Below are positions 63,550-64,000 of a stretch of 64,000 bases of DNA, one piece after another. The stretch spans positions 1 to 64,000 of IMG/VR virus record IMGVR_UViG_3300005563_000029, one strand, 5' to 3'. This DNA is from a virus. The notes beneath the pieces are model-generated. The model was not told the DNA's origin and did not search any database. It saw only the letters and a list, made by a program, of their open reading frames with translations. The translations under genes and the position numbers were made by a program. The first letter of the stretch is position 1. Each line of letters starts with the position of its first letter.

Positions 63550-64000
63550 ATGACCACCGCGACCGCCGACCGCACCAAGCTCCAGGCCAAGATCGAGCGC
63601 GTCCGCGCCATCGTCGACCACCCCCGCACCAACGAACACCTGCGCGCCGTCGCCAAGCACAAGCTCGACAAGCTCATGTCCCAGCTCGACGAGGCCCCGC
63701 ACGCCGGCTACCGGCTGCCCGACGGCTGGTTCGGCGCCAAGTACGACCCGAGCCGGTCCCTCACCGACATCGCCAAAATGATCCGCGAGGAGATCAAGCT
63801 CCTGCGCAAGATCGGCAACCTGGAGTCTGACGGCGCCGTTGCCATCCCCAGCCCCATCGCCGACATGGCCGCCGACATCAAGGTCAGCGTGCGGCAGCCG
63901 CACTACGGATCCATCGTGGTCACCCTGAAGGGCGTTCCGCAGGAGTGGGGCTGGATGCGCGGTGCCGATCCCCGCGACTTCTGGCAGCAGGAGCGTTGGA
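63550..64000 (+). CDS. Hypothetical protein, truncated by the window edge
   Basis: GAGGGAG RBS; MTTATADRTKLQAKIERVRAIVDHP..GAKYDPSRSLTDIAKMIREEIK, open to the window end. Confidence 0.7.
   Translation, partial: MTTATADRTKLQAKIERVRAIVDHPRTNEHLRAVAKHKLDKLMSQLDEAPHAGYRLPDGWFGAKYDPSRSLTDIAKMIREEIKLLRKIGNLESDGAVAIPSPIADMAADIKVSVRQPHYGSIVVTLKGVPQEWGWMRGADPRDFWQQERW

Larger units (their letters stand above)
3511..64000. mobile_element. Temperate siphovirus-like prophage (boundaries uncertain, continues beyond right edge)
   Basis: Ordered terminase-portal-protease-capsid-neck-tail tube-chaperone-tape measure-minor tail-endolysin genes on the minus strand, plus a replication initiator and many small ORFs; no integrase in window. 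Confidence 0.92.

Overview
The window is GC-rich actinomycete DNA (Streptomycetaceae/Catenulispora-like) and is almost entirely one temperate siphovirus-type prophage. No integrase or att site is visible, and the element runs off the right edge. On the minus strand, read right to left, there is first an immunity-like island at about 52-55 kb: a GntR/UTRA repressor, a DUF6247 + RelE-like pair and a lipoprotein. Next is an early operon at 41.5-52.2 kb that carries an AICE/plasmid-type transfer module (TraB-like FtsK ATPase, SpdA/DUF2637-like protein, small membrane proteins, RapZ-C-like and RsbW-like proteins). The late region at 4-40 kb encodes terminase, portal, protease, capsid, neck, tail, tape measure, minor tail proteins and lysis functions. 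On the plus strand, 55-64 kb is a replication/early region with an initiator gene containing iterons. The main highlights are: (1) a terminase intein whose endonuclease VII-type homing nuclease is a separate gene overprinted in another reading frame inside the intein; (2) a complete virion gene set combined with a Streptomyces-type dsDNA conjugation module and clt-like repeats; (3) a portal-NUDIX-MuF triple fusion with a slippery heptamer at the domain junction; (4) a TnpB-only IS200/IS605 element in the lysis cassette; (5) a pR'/tR'-like late promoter and terminator. All calls come from reading motifs by eye; no database searches were run, and most start codons are chosen from RBS or gene-overlap patterns.
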